Positions 1-9,805 are shown, numbered from the stretch's first letter. The stretch is DNA of 16,454 nucleotides from Moorena producens 3L (GCF_000211815.1 NZ_GL890973.1:103777-120230); one strand, 5' to 3'. The notes: a model not told the origin generated them from the letters alone. A program made the numbers and translations.

Positions 1-1230
1 TCTATCCCAATAGCGAATTCCGTAGCTATGGTAGAGGAAATCTTGGACTTCGATACCTTGGCTGAGCTGAAGTGCGCCAGTTGCGATCGCTTCAAAAGGT
101 TTTTGGCAACGAACCTTGCTTGAATCGAAATACCGGTTTACCCATGCCTGAACTGCTGGGATCTTCACCGTCCCACCCACTAACAAGACACCATCTATAT
201 CTGGCACTTCTATACCGCTGCGTCTTGCCTGTTGCAGCACTTCCGTCATCTTATCATCAAGGGTATCAAAAAACTGGTGTTCTTTGAGAATAGTTTCAAA
301 AGTCTCCCGGTCTAGTTTTAGTTCGTAACTCTCAAAGGTTTCATCATTAAAATAGACTTCTGTAGCTTCAGACTGCTCAGATAGTTGAATTTTCAGGCGT
401 TCTGCTAGTCGAGTAGTCAAAGGCGATCGCATTAACCCTTGAGTTTCCACAAAATAATCCACCAGCCAGTTATCAATATCTGTCCCACCCAAATTTTGTC
501 CCACTTTCGCCAGCACACGGGCAATTTTCACCTTCTGGCTAGACCCTTCACCAAATGACTTTTGCCCCCACTTAAGAATAAACCCGATAGGTTTTTTATT
601 CCCTTGAGCCTCCTGATTCAGCTGCACCAGAGATAAATCCAGAGTGCCACCACCAAAGTCTATAACTAGTAGAGTATCCCCTTCCGCAATACCATAGCCC
701 AAAGCAGCCGCTGTCGGTTCATCCAGCATCCTCACCTGTTCCACTGGCAAGGATTGGCAGATTGCACTAAGCCAATGGCGGTAGGCTTCAAAGCTATCCA
801 CAGGCACAGTCAGAATCACCGATTCAATGGCAGAATCCCCCGCCTCGGACTGGAGGGCTGATAGGTCTTCAATAATTTGGTTGAGGAACCATTCCCCAAC
901 TTGTTCAAAGGTGATCACGGTGCCATCCAGTTCTGGCAGAAATCCCTGAACCTCAGCACCAATCCCCCGTTTGAAGCTGCGGAAGAATCGAGGGTCACTG
1001 CTGAGATCCAATCCGCGATCGCGTACTGCCTGTCCAACCATAACCTTACCCTGAGCCGCATCTTCCACATACACCAAACTCGGAATTAAGGGAGGATTTT
1101 GACTAAGTTGCAGTGCAAGTCCTGGTAAAGTGATGGTTTCTGGCGTTTCGGTGACTGGGTTCCAGCGAGTGATTACCGTATTGCTCGTGCCAAAGTCAAT
1201 AGCGTAGGACGTAGTACTGGTGCTAGGCAT
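1..1230 (-). CDS. Hsp70-family ATPase (DnaK/HscC/YegD-like, not canonical DnaK). Partial: the C-terminus lies beyond the window start.
   Basis: Reverse-complement translation from ATG at 1230-1228 gives MPSTSTTSYAIDFGTSNTVITRW... It contains the Hsp70 phosphate-1 motif (IDFGTSNT), phosphate-2 (DFGGGTLD) and adenosine motif (LLVGGTVKIPAV). The frame has no stop down to position 1. A stop lies 5 codons upstream of the ATG. It is missing from the ORF track because it runs off the window. Confidence 0.8.
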   Translation of the reverse strand, partial: MPSTSTTSYAIDFGTSNTVITRWNPVTETPETITLPGLALQLSQNPPLIPSLVYVEDAAQGKVMVGQAVRDRGLDLSSDPRFFRSFKRGIGAEVQGFLPELDGTVITFEQVGEWFLNQIIEDLSALQSEAGDSAIESVILTVPVDSFEAYRHWLSAICQSLPVEQVRMLDEPTAAALGYGIAEGDTLLVIDFGGGTLDLSLVQLNQEAQGNKKPIGFILKWGQKSFGEGSSQKVKIARVLAKVGQNLGGTDIDNWLVDYFVETQGLMRSPLTTRLAERLKIQLSEQSEATEVYFNDETFESYELKLDRETFETILKEHQFFDTLDDKMTEVLQQARRSGIEVPDIDGVLLVGGTVKIPAVQAWVNRYFDSSKVRCQKPFEAIATGALQLSQGIEVQDFLYHSYGIRYWDR

Positions 1231-1403
1231 CAATATTGATTCAACTTATCTTATTAATATTATTTATTAATAAATATCAGTTTATGGACGAACTACTCAA
1301 TAGCCAGGACACCTGTACCCAGGAAGACAGTTTAGCAATCCGTGTCGGAATTGTGATAATTTTTGATGCCATATTCCCGATTCCCTTTGCTATTGCACTA
1401 CAG

Positions 1404-3026
1404 TTATCCCGTAGTTGAAACATCTAACTCTTGCCTAAAGCTTAGCCATGCTCTCATAGCCTCTGGATTAGATGCTACTCCTTTTTGCATCAAAATCACA
1501 CCATCTTTAAAACCAATGATGCCATACTCGTTAGTCTTGGTGACCCGGTCAATCATGTTAACTAAAGAGCGCAACCGCTGACCATCATGCTTAAAGGCAA
1601 TTTGATAGCGTTGTAACCGCCATAAATCTGCGATCGCATAATCCACCTTCACCACCTCGCCATTATCATTGCGCAACTGTAAATCCCCTAAGCGGATGAT
1701 TTCCCGACGTCCTGACAGATGAGGGACTAGATAGGTAGTAGCTGAGACACTAGCATTTGCAGGAATCTGAGCCAGTAATGACCGAATCGACCCCACACGA
1801 GACCACTGTTGGGTTAAGGGCACATAGACGAAGGGTTGGTAGGAATCGGGAAGGAGGAAATAAAAGGTTCGATTTGGGCTAGAGGTAATAGTCAACACTA
1901 CCGCAAGGGTTAGACAAAAAATCCAAAAGCGCCGAAACTTAGACCTAGCCGAGATCACAGCTTGACTAAATTGGGTATGAGCTGACCACCAAAGTATCGC
2001 GCCATAGAATAGCCCAGGTACTACGGTCATCGCATAGCGGATATTAATCGCAAGCACTGATTGACCTTTACCCAACAGAAGTTTTAGCAAGGGAAATGCT
2101 GCGATAGACCAAGAAGCGGGAGCAATAGCTGGTATAAATGCTAATGGTAACCATTGACCTAATAAATACTGAATGGTGCCAAAAAAGGGAGTAAACAGTT
2201 CTACTAGTAAACGCCAAGGATTAGTCAGCATACCCTTAATAATTTCCAGAGTAGACGCCTCATCCCCATCAGCGTACTGACCAAAACGCTCGATCATGAA
2301 CCGTTGAGAAATATCTTCCGAAAATAGGGGCATAATTAGATTGGTCAAGACAAGTATGTAACCGAAACTGAGGGTACAAACTGCCAGACCAATGCGAGGG
2401 TAGCGCCGACTGACTATTAAATAGAATCCCACACCAAACAAACCTATCCCGGAATCTTCCCGTACAGCTAAAATCAAAATTGCCAGCAACCAAAACAGCC
2501 ACCACCAGCGTTTTTCCATAGCTAGCAGTAGCCCAAATACAAATAGCGGAATTTGGCAGATGTCATGGAAATTGGCTAAGGTCGGACCGAGAATAGCATT
2601 AGCACAGTAAAAGCTAACCGTAATCATTGCTGCTAACATCGGTTGCAGATACTGTCTAGCCAGGATATACAAAACTACACCAGCAGCTGTTACCAACGTT
2701 ACCTGCAAAACGGTTAGGGTAGCGGGAAATGGAAACAAAGCATATAACGGTAACCAAAGTAACAGGGCGGGAGTAAAATGTTGCCCTAATCGGTGGTAAT
2801 AGACATTTGGAACTTCCCCATTATGAACTACATTAGTAGACAGCTGGGATGAAAGAGTACTCTGAAAGAAGCTACCGTGAATTCCATTCCAGAAGACTTG
2901 ATTAAAAATTCCTTGATCGTAGGAAGAATAAAAAGTATAGTGTCGATGTAGAGTAAAAATTAAGGTGAATAAAAAAAATGCGATCGCCGCAGTAATAACA
3001 AGTTTTAACCCAGGTTTTTTGGTCAT
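1404..3026 (-). CDS. Polytopic integral membrane protein of 540 aa, possibly DUF2079-like or GT-C-like.
   Basis: Listed 540-aa ORF. It has a dozen or more hydrophobic segments (e.g. LVITAAIAFFLFTLIF and the Trp-rich MEKRWWWLFWLLAILILA). An AAGGA Shine-Dalgarno sits 5 nt before ATG 3026. The N-terminal SYDQGIFNQVFWN resembles the first-loop Asp motif of DUF2079/GT-C membrane proteins. The family assignment is from memory only. Confidence 0.65.
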   Translation of the reverse strand: MTKKPGLKLVITAAIAFFLFTLIFTLHRHYTFYSSYDQGIFNQVFWNGIHGSFFQSTLSSQLSTNVVHNGEVPNVYYHRLGQHFTPALLLWLPLYALFPFPATLTVLQVTLVTAAGVVLYILARQYLQPMLAAMITVSFYCANAILGPTLANFHDICQIPLFVFGLLLAMEKRWWWLFWLLAILILAVREDSGIGLFGVGFYLIVSRRYPRIGLAVCTLSFGYILVLTNLIMPLFSEDISQRFMIERFGQYADGDEASTLEIIKGMLTNPWRLLVELFTPFFGTIQYLLGQWLPLAFIPAIAPASWSIAAFPLLKLLLGKGQSVLAINIRYAMTVVPGLFYGAILWWSAHTQFSQAVISARSKFRRFWIFCLTLAVVLTITSSPNRTFYFLLPDSYQPFVYVPLTQQWSRVGSIRSLLAQIPANASVSATTYLVPHLSGRREIIRLGDLQLRNDNGEVVKVDYAIADLWRLQRYQIAFKHDGQRLRSLVNMIDRVTKTNEYGIIGFKDGVILMQKGVASNPEAMRAWLSFRQELDVSTTG

Positions 3027-3170
3027 TTTTCCTTTGTCATTTGTCCTTGGTATTAAGCTCCAGAAAGTTTCGCTTTTTTAAAACTACTCTTGTTTTCAAC
3101 ACACCCTCACGCTTATCGGGAAAAAGATCTAGCGTTTCTCATAGCTATGAGGTACAAATATTTTTTTACC

Positions 3171-3383
3171 TCTTGCCTCTTGCCTTCCCCTCCTGGGAGG
3201 GGTTAGGGGTGGGTTCCTCTTGCCTTCCCCTCCTGGGAGGGGTTAGGGGTGGGTTCCTCTTGCCTTCCCCTCCTGGGAGGGGTTAGGGGTGGGTTCCTCT
3301 TGCCTTCCCCTCCTGGGAGGAGTTAGGGGTGGGTTCCTCTTGCCTTCCCCTCCTGGGAGGGGTTAGGGGTGGGTTCCTCTTGT
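3171..3383. repeat. 40-bp tandem minisatellite: 5 perfect or near-perfect copies (3178-3377) plus partial flanks.
   Basis: Unit is tcttgccttcccctcctgggaggggttaggggtgggttcc, at 3178, 3218, 3258, 3298 and 3338. There is a single G>A change in copy 4 (3321). Each unit carries the near-palindrome CCCCTCC-TG-GGAGGGG and G-runs (GGGGTTAGGGGTGGG). It lies between the hybrid kinase stop (3443) and the membrane-protein gene start (3026). Confidence 0.95.
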
Positions 3384-3442
3384 CTGCTCCCTGCTCCCTA
3401 AAGCCCATAATTTTGACCTCATTAGTTTGAGAATTGCTATAG

Positions 3443-5005
3443 CTAATTGCGACTACTCCCGAGCCATTCCGAATCAGAACTTCTCACCTCAGACCTCTGA
3501 CCTCTGACTTCCCCATTACTTACTATGGGAATTTTAATCGTAAATGTTGTCCCAACGCCCACTTCGCTAGTCAGTTCAATCTCTCCCTGATGCTGTTCCA
3601 CACAGCGTTTCACAATCGATAGTCCCAGACCAGTCCCTTGAATTGTCCCCACATTTTTGGCTCGATAAAAAGACTCGAAAATTTTCTTTTGGTCTGCTTC
3701 AGCAATCCCAATTCCTTTATCCTGGATGCGGAACACAACCAACTGCTGTTTCAGATCACAAGTTAGGTTAAAGGTCACGATTTCATGAGAAGGAGAATAC
3801 TTCAAAGCATTGGTAAGCAGATTAGTTATAATGTAATGTATAAGTTTATCATCCATACAGACTTCTGTATAGACCCCGTCAGAGGTAAAAACAATCCGGT
3901 TGCGGCTGGCTTGATCTAGGCATAGTTCTGCAATTAAATCCTGGCAGAATTGCTCTAAGTTCATGGGAGTTGGAATAAATTCTAGCCGACCTACTTCAGC
4001 TTGACCGATTAGCAACACCTCTTCCATCAACTCAGTCATGCGCTCTACTGAAATAGTAATTCGTTTTAGATAACGCTGCTTTTGCTCCTGAGTGGCCAGA
4101 TTACCATAGCGCTTAAGTAATTCAGCGGCAGTTAGGATCACACTGAGGGGATTACGGAATTCGTGGCAAACGGTGGAAACGAACTGGGAGCGGAAATCTT
4201 GTATTTCTTGCTCTTTTGCTAACACCTGCTCTAACATTTCTGTTTGAGGTTCCTCGCTGATATCCCAAAACGCCAGCACTACTCCATTCACGTTTCCCAG
4301 TTGGTCTTTTAGGGGTGAAGCACTATTACCAACAGGAATTCGACCACCGTCCTTTGCGATCAAAGCGTTATGCTCGCCCAGATAGACAACTTGTCCGGTC
4401 TTGATCACTTTATCTAGGGGATACTTGACTAGATTACCGGTCAGGTCATTAACAATTGGGAACACTGAGGTCACATCTCGCCCCCATACCTCCGATGCCT
4501 TCCAACCAGTCAGAGCTTCAGCGGGAGCATTCATAAAGGTAATGGTACCTTGGGTCGTGGTAGCAATAACTGCATCATCGATAGAGTTTAAAATGGATGC
4601 CAACTGAGCTTGGCTGTTCTGCAACGACTGCTCCATCTGGTATTGCTGGAGAGCCATTTCAATGGCAACCCGCAAGTCTCTCTCGTTAAACGGTTTGGTA
4701 ACATAGCCAAAGGGTTGGGTAACCTTAGCCCGTTGCAAGGTATCTTCATCCCCATAGGCAGTTAAATAGACGATAGGAATACGTAAATGTTCACGAATTT
4801 GCCTAGCAGCAGTAATACCATCCATCTTGCCTTTGAGGAAAATGTCCATCAGCACTAAGTCAGGCTTAGTTTGAGCGGCTTTGGTAATGGCTTGAGAGCC
4901 AGATGAAGCAGTAGCTGATACCATATAACCCAGTTGCTTAAGCTGGCTAGCAATTGTCTTAGCAACAATAACTTCGTCTTCTACAACTAACACCCTGGTA
5001 ACCAC
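3443..5005 (-). CDS. Hybrid two-component protein: N-terminal receiver (REC), PAS, HisKA and HATPase_c sensor histidine kinase.
   Basis: 520-aa ORF. The receiver fold is seen in RVLVVEDE...PDLVLMDIFL (phospho-acceptor Asp in LVLMD). A central PAS-like segment follows. The H-box is CHEFRNPLSVI and the ATPase G-boxes are DKGIGI and GTGLGLSIV. The start is GTG at 5005, overlapping the upstream TAG stop. Confidence 0.9.
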   Translation of the reverse strand: MVTRVLVVEDEVIVAKTIASQLKQLGYMVSATASSGSQAITKAAQTKPDLVLMDIFLKGKMDGITAARQIREHLRIPIVYLTAYGDEDTLQRAKVTQPFGYVTKPFNERDLRVAIEMALQQYQMEQSLQNSQAQLASILNSIDDAVIATTTQGTITFMNAPAEALTGWKASEVWGRDVTSVFPIVNDLTGNLVKYPLDKVIKTGQVVYLGEHNALIAKDGGRIPVGNSASPLKDQLGNVNGVVLAFWDISEEPQTEMLEQVLAKEQEIQDFRSQFVSTVCHEFRNPLSVILTAAELLKRYGNLATQEQKQRYLKRITISVERMTELMEEVLLIGQAEVGRLEFIPTPMNLEQFCQDLIAELCLDQASRNRIVFTSDGVYTEVCMDDKLIHYIITNLLTNALKYSPSHEIVTFNLTCDLKQQLVVFRIQDKGIGIAEADQKKIFESFYRAKNVGTIQGTGLGLSIVKRCVEQHQGEIELTSEVGVGTTFTIKIPIVSNGEVRGQRSEVRSSDSEWLGSSRN

Positions 5006-6600
5006 TATTGTTGTCCTATTGCTTCTACAATTGTTGCTGTTGAGAATACTATTCTGAAAGCTGTGCCCTCGCTATGGCCCTGAAACATACTCCCGTCTAG
5101 TTGCTCCGTTGCCAGGTCATAAACTAACGATAATCCTAAAGACTGGGTATTACGCCAATCTAACTCTTCTGGTAAACCAACCCCATTATCTCGGACAATC
5201 AATTCAACCTGATCGTCCCCGCTATGGTGCAATTCAATGTGAATCTCACCATAGCGTCCATTGGGAAACCCGTACTTCAGGGAATTGGATACCAGTTCAT
5301 TGATGATTAGACCGCAAGGGATGGCCTGATCAATACTGAGGGAAATGGGTTCAATAGTCGTGTGCAACTGAATCCTATCGCTAGTTACTTGATAAGCTAC
5401 CAGTAAGTTCACCGCTAGGTTCTGGATATAATCCACTACATCCAGGTTGCCTATCACTGAGGCACCATAAAGTTTCTTGTGAATGAGAGCCATGGCTTCA
5501 AGGCGATGGCGAGCTTCCGACAGGTGTACTCGGGTTTGGGGTTGATCTACTGTCAGAGATGGCAAGTGTAGTAAGCTAGAAACAATTTGTAAGTTGTTTT
5601 TGACCCGATGGTGAATTTCTTTGAGCAGCACCTCTTTCTCAACTAGGGTAGCTTTGAGGTTTTCCTCGACCTGTTTGAGCTGTGTGATGTCGATGGCTAT
5701 GTTATGGATCCGAATTGGAGTGTTATTAGCATCTGTGAGGAGGTGAGCACGATGGCGAATCCAACTCACAGCTCCATCCGGTCGCAAAATTCTGTAGTCA
5801 ATATCTTTGGCACCAGTTGACAGCAGGGTTTGGTGTGCCAGTTCATAGGTTTCGAGATCCTCTGGGTGAACCACTGATTCCCACAGGCGTAAGTTTCCGA
5901 AGAACTCAGTGATACTGCGACCATAGACTTGCTCGGTAGCACTGTTAAGATAAAGCAGTTTGTCAATCGAAGGATCAAAAGACCATACCACTGCTTCTAG
6001 GGAAGTCAGAATACTCTCAAGACGTTCTTGGCTCAACTGCCAGGCATGTTCATTTTCCCCCAATTCTTCTTCAAACTGCTGATTGACAGCAACTTCCTGC
6101 TGCCATCGCTGATTAGCTGCCACTAATTCCCCTTCTTTTTGACTCAACTGTTGGTGTAAGTCTTCGACCTTAGTAACAATAGCAGAGAGGATGGCTGGCA
6201 TGGTGTGGGGGGTCACCACACGCACTACTTGACCTGGTTCATCCACTAGGGGTAGGTGACGAATCTGGTGTTGACGTAATCGGGACTCTACCAAAAAAAT
6301 GTCCGGTTTCGCTATGATGGGCAAGGTAATTAACTCTTGAGTCATCACATCAGCGATGGAAACCCCTGAGTTGACCATTCCGGCTGATGCTACTTTGACC
6401 ACATCCCGTTCTGTAAAAATGCCTACCAATTGCTGCTGCTGTACTACCAGCACATAACTCCTTCGAGTTTGATTCATCGTAGCGATCGCTTCCGTTACTG
6501 GAGTATCGGGAGCAATGGTGATCGGCTGCTGGTCGCAAGGAAAATTTACAATGGAAAGTTGACCAGAAATGCCATTTTTCAGGTAATCTTTAGCTTCCAT
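5005..6600 (-). CDS. Sensor histidine kinase with a CBS pair, PAS domain, HisKA_2-type phosphoacceptor and HATPase_c.
   Basis: 531-aa ORF. The N-terminal CBS pair reads ...GIFTERDVVKV...ELITLP.... A coiled-coil linker and a PAS segment (LEAVVWSFDP...) follow. The H-box EIHHRVKNNLQIVSSLL is typical of HisKA_2/HWE kinases. The ATP-binding site is NELVSNSLKYGF...VRDNGVGLP. Confidence 0.9.
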   Translation of the reverse strand: MEAKDYLKNGISGQLSIVNFPCDQQPITIAPDTPVTEAIATMNQTRRSYVLVVQQQQLVGIFTERDVVKVASAGMVNSGVSIADVMTQELITLPIIAKPDIFLVESRLRQHQIRHLPLVDEPGQVVRVVTPHTMPAILSAIVTKVEDLHQQLSQKEGELVAANQRWQQEVAVNQQFEEELGENEHAWQLSQERLESILTSLEAVVWSFDPSIDKLLYLNSATEQVYGRSITEFFGNLRLWESVVHPEDLETYELAHQTLLSTGAKDIDYRILRPDGAVSWIRHRAHLLTDANNTPIRIHNIAIDITQLKQVEENLKATLVEKEVLLKEIHHRVKNNLQIVSSLLHLPSLTVDQPQTRVHLSEARHRLEAMALIHKKLYGASVIGNLDVVDYIQNLAVNLLVAYQVTSDRIQLHTTIEPISLSIDQAIPCGLIINELVSNSLKYGFPNGRYGEIHIELHHSGDDQVELIVRDNGVGLPEELDWRNTQSLGLSLVYDLATEQLDGSMFQGHSEGTAFRIVFSTATIVEAIGQQ

Positions 6601-6689
6601 ATAACCCTTGAAGCGCCAAATTATTGGATACTTTTAGGGAGTCGAAAGATAAACATTAACACAATCCAGTAGCAATTCAAAGAGACGGT

Positions 6690-8597
6690 ATGCATCTCAG
6701 TGAAATTACTCATCCAAATCAGTTGCACGGTCTATCGATTCGTCAACTAGAGGAAATTGCCCGTCAAATTCGCGAGAAACATCTCCAAACCATAGCTACT
6801 AGTGGTGGTCACTTAGGACCAGGCTTGGGAGTGGTAGAATTAACCTTAGGTCTGTATCAAACACTTGACCTTGACTATGATAAGGTAGTCTGGGACGTTG
6901 GACACCAAGCTTATCCCCACAAAATGCTCACGGGGCGCTATAACCGATTCCATACCCTACGGCAGAAAGATGGTATTGCTGGTTATCTAAAGCGCTGCGA
7001 GAATAAGTTTGATCACTTTGGAGCGGGTCATGCGTCCACCAGTATTTCTTCCGCTTTGGGTATGGCCCTCGCCCGAGACCGCAAAGGGCAAAACTTCAAA
7101 GTGGCAGCAGTTATTGGTGATGGTGCTCTGACCGGTGGCATGGCCTTGGAAGCCATCAATCATGCAGGGCATTTACCCCATACTAAACTACTGGTGGTGC
7201 TCAATGACAATGAGATGTCCATCTCCCCCAATGTGGGGGCTATTCCCCGTTACCTCAATAAAGTGCGGCTTTCTGAGCCGATGCAGTTTATTACTGACAA
7301 TTTGGAGGAACAGTTCAAAAATCTCCCCTTTGTCGGTGAGTCTTTATCCCCAGACTTGCAACGGCTCAAGGAAGGGATGAAGCGTTTAGCCGTACCTAAG
7401 GTCGGAGCAGTATTTGAAGAACTTGGCTTTACTTACATCGGACCGGTAGATGGTCACAATCTAGAGGAGTTAATTTCCACCTTTACCAACGCCCACAAGC
7501 TAGATGGACCAGTGCTGGTGCATGTGGCAACTACGAAAGGCAAGGGGTATGCGATCGCAGAAGCGGACAAAGTGGGTTACCATGCCCAAAGTCCCTTCAA
7601 CCTAGCTACGGGTAAAGCCCTTCCAGCTAAAAAACCCAAACCCCCGGGCTATTCCAAAGTGTTTGCCCACACCCTGGTAACACTAGCTCAGAATAATCCC
7701 AAAATCATTGGCATCACCGCAGCTATGGCTACCGGGACAGGGTTGAATAAATTGCAAGAAAAACTCCCTGACCAATACATTGATGTGGGAATTGCGGAAC
7801 AACACGCCGTCACCCTAGCGGCTGGCCTAGCCTGTGAAGGAATGCGACCGGTTGCAGCTATTTACTCCACCTTCTTACAACGGGCTTACGACCAAATTAT
7901 TCACGACGTTTGTATCCAAAACCTACCCGTCTTCTTCTGCCTCGACCGTGCGGGAATTGTGGGTGCTGATGGCCCTACTCACCAAGGGATGTATGATATC
8001 TCCTATTTGCGATGCATTCCCAATATGGTAATTATGGCTCCCAAAGACGAAGCTGAACTGCAACGTATGGTAGTTACAGGAATAAACCACACCGATGGTC
8101 CGATTGCCATGCGCTATCCTCGGGGTAGTGGCTATGGCGTTCCCCTGATGGAAGATGGTTGGGAAGCACTACCCATTGGTAAAGCAGAACTCTTGCGTAA
8201 TGGTGACGACCTGTTAATGGTAGGGTACGGCACTATGGTTTACACCGCCATGCAAACCGCTGAAATTCTTAGCGAGCATGGTATTGAAGCAACGGTGATT
8301 AATGCTCGTTTTGTCAAGCCCCTAGATACAGAATTAATCTTCCCCTTGGCTCAGAAAATTGGTCGTGTAGTTACCCTAGAAGAAGGGTGCTTAATGGGTG
8401 GCTTTGGTTCAGCGGTGGCAGAAGCACTCATGGACAATGATATATTAGTTCCCCTCAAGCGCTTTGGTGTACCGGATCAATTAGTGGATCATGCCAAGCC
8501 CGATGAATCAAAAGCTGATTTGGGGCTGACTGGCTCTCAAATTGCTGAACAGATCAGGGCAGCGTTCTTTAATAGACAGCCATCTTCTGTTAGTTAA
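6690..8597 (+). CDS. dxs: 1-deoxy-D-xylulose-5-phosphate synthase.
   Basis: 635-aa ORF, full-length DXS. It has the TPP-binding [10 protein letters not shown] motif, the N-terminus [15 protein letters not shown] and the transketolase-like C-terminal half. Confidence 0.97.
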   Translation: MHLSEITHPNQLHGLSIRQLEEIARQIREKHLQTIATSGGHLGPGLGVVELTLGLYQTLDLDYDKVVWDVGHQAYPHKMLTGRYNRFHTLRQKDGIAGYLKRCENKFDHFGAGHASTSISSALGMALARDRKGQNFKVAAVIGDGALTGGMALEAINHAGHLPHTKLLVVLNDNEMSISPNVGAIPRYLNKVRLSEPMQFITDNLEEQFKNLPFVGESLSPDLQRLKEGMKRLAVPKVGAVFEELGFTYIGPVDGHNLEELISTFTNAHKLDGPVLVHVATTKGKGYAIAEADKVGYHAQSPFNLATGKALPAKKPKPPGYSKVFAHTLVTLAQNNPKIIGITAAMATGTGLNKLQEKLPDQYIDVGIAEQHAVTLAAGLACEGMRPVAAIYSTFLQRAYDQIIHDVCIQNLPVFFCLDRAGIVGADGPTHQGMYDISYLRCIPNMVIMAPKDEAELQRMVVTGINHTDGPIAMRYPRGSGYGVPLMEDGWEALPIGKAELLRNGDDLLMVGYGTMVYTAMQTAEILSEHGIEATVINARFVKPLDTELIFPLAQKIGRVVTLEEGCLMGGFGSAVAEALMDNDILVPLKRFGVPDQLVDHAKPDESKADLGLTGSQIAEQIRAAFFNRQPSSVS

Positions 8598-8605
8598 TCT
8601 ATCAA

Positions 8606-8688
8606 TGTTAACAGTTGACAGTTAACTGTTAACTGTTAACCGTTAACAAAATAGCAATTAACAATTAACAATTAACAATTAACAATAT
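8606..8688. repeat. Heptanucleotide STRR arrays: GTTAAC-containing heptamers (8606-8647) and AATTAAC x4.5 (8655-8686).
   Basis: tgttaacagttgacagttaactgttaactgttaaccgttaac followed by caattaacaattaacaattaacaattaacaat. It lies directly after the dxs stop. GTTAAC is itself palindromic, so the array can form hairpins. Confidence 0.9.
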
Positions 8689-8699
8689 ATCGAACTTAT

Positions 8700-9761
8700 A
8701 TGAACCCATCCACATACCAAGTTTATCCCGTTGTTTGGGAAAACGACCGAGTTATCCTCATTGACCAAAACCGCTTACCCGGCAAATATTCCATTGTAGA
8801 AATCAGCCGCTGTGAAGATATGGTTGAGGCGATTAAAACTATGATTGTTCGGGGAGCGCCAGCTATTGGAGTAGCAGCGGCTTATGGCATTTACCTTGGC
8901 GCAAGAGAGATTAAAACAAAAGAACGTAAGGCTTTCCTCGCAGAGCTTGAAATTGTAGCGCAACAGTTGCGGCAAACTCGTCCTACAGCCGTGAATTTGT
9001 TTTGGGCAATCATGCGGATGCTTAAAAATGCCTATGAAACGATCGGGACAGTAGAAGAGATTAAAGCTTCCTTACTTGAAACAGCTCAACAAATTCAGCT
9101 GGAGGATTTACAAACCTGTCAATCCATAGGCGATCGCGGATTAGAAGTATTACCGACAACCCCCGACAAACTCTGTCTTCTGACCCATTGTAATGCAGGA
9201 GCGTTGGCAACAGCTGGGTATGGTACTGCCTTGGGAGTGGTGCGTTCGGCCTGGCGGGATGGGCGATTAGCCAGATTATATGCTGACGAAACCCGCCCCC
9301 GCTTGCAAGGTGCTAGGTTAACGACCTGGGAATGCGTCGAAGAAGGTATTCCGGTTACTTTAATTACCGATAGCATGGCCGCCCATTGTATGAAACAAGG
9401 GCTAATTGATGCGGTTGTAGTGGGAGCTGATCGCATTGCTGCCAATGGGGATACGGCTAACAAAATTGGTACCTATAGTGTAGCTCTGATTGCTCAAGCT
9501 CATCAGATACCTTTCTTTGTGGCTGCTCCGATCTCAACCATTGATTTTCAGCTATCTACTGGCGAAGAGATTCCCATTGAAGAACGTCACCCCTCAGAAA
9601 TTTATCAGATTGGGGAGACAGTGATTTGTCCTCCTAAAGTGGAATTTTATAACCCAGCTTTTGATGTAACTCCAGCGGAGTTAATCACTGCCATTATTAC
9701 TGAAAAAGGCGCATTAGCCCCCAGTGAGCTGTCACAACTTAACATTAAGCAGTCAGTTTGA
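8700..9761 (+). CDS. mtnA: S-methyl-5-thioribose-1-phosphate isomerase (eIF-2B alpha/beta/delta family).
   Basis: 353-aa ORF. Family hallmarks are the N-terminal ...[22 protein letters not shown]..., then [17 protein letters not shown] and [19 protein letters not shown]. Confidence 0.93.
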   Translation: MNPSTYQVYPVVWENDRVILIDQNRLPGKYSIVEISRCEDMVEAIKTMIVRGAPAIGVAAAYGIYLGAREIKTKERKAFLAELEIVAQQLRQTRPTAVNLFWAIMRMLKNAYETIGTVEEIKASLLETAQQIQLEDLQTCQSIGDRGLEVLPTTPDKLCLLTHCNAGALATAGYGTALGVVRSAWRDGRLARLYADETRPRLQGARLTTWECVEEGIPVTLITDSMAAHCMKQGLIDAVVVGADRIAANGDTANKIGTYSVALIAQAHQIPFFVAAPISTIDFQLSTGEEIPIEERHPSEIYQIGETVICPPKVEFYNPAFDVTPAELITAIITEKGALAPSELSQLNIKQSV

Positions 9762-9775
9762 AATCTATCTTGGTT

Positions 9776-9804
9776 TTAGGGATTAGGGATTAGGGAGTAG
9801 GGAG
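9776..9804. repeat. STRR heptamer array TAGGGAT/TAGGGAG x4.
   Basis: ttagggattagggattagggagtagggag immediately after the mtnA stop. Confidence 0.85.
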
Positions 9805-9805
9805 C

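Noticed and set aside
72-287. Small plus-strand ORFs antisense or internal to large genes (72-287, 877-1089, 1236-1418, 1363-1581, 2269-2505, 4401-4607, 5109-5303, 5766-5978, 6350-6538, 6987-7172, 7135-7380, 7834-8031, 8775-8975, 9119-9463, 10776-10976, 11547-11855, 14486-14722, 14818-15132, 15452-15634, 15718-16083, 16124-16433).
   Set aside because: All lie within, or antisense to, long ORFs with clear homology-grade motifs. None has independent support.
3041-3286. 81-aa plus-strand ORF (MSLVLSSRKF...LPSPPGRG).
   Set aside because: It is generated by reading through the 40-bp tandem repeat. The periodic amino-acid repeats are an artefact.
3171-3383. The 40-bp repeat array as a CRISPR locus.
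   Set aside because: Units are directly contiguous with no unique spacers. A repeat of 40 bp with zero spacer is a minisatellite, not CRISPR.
6430-6672. 80-aa ORF across the divergent promoter region between the CBS kinase gene and dxs.
   Set aside because: It overlaps the kinase 5' end in another frame and has no recognisable features.
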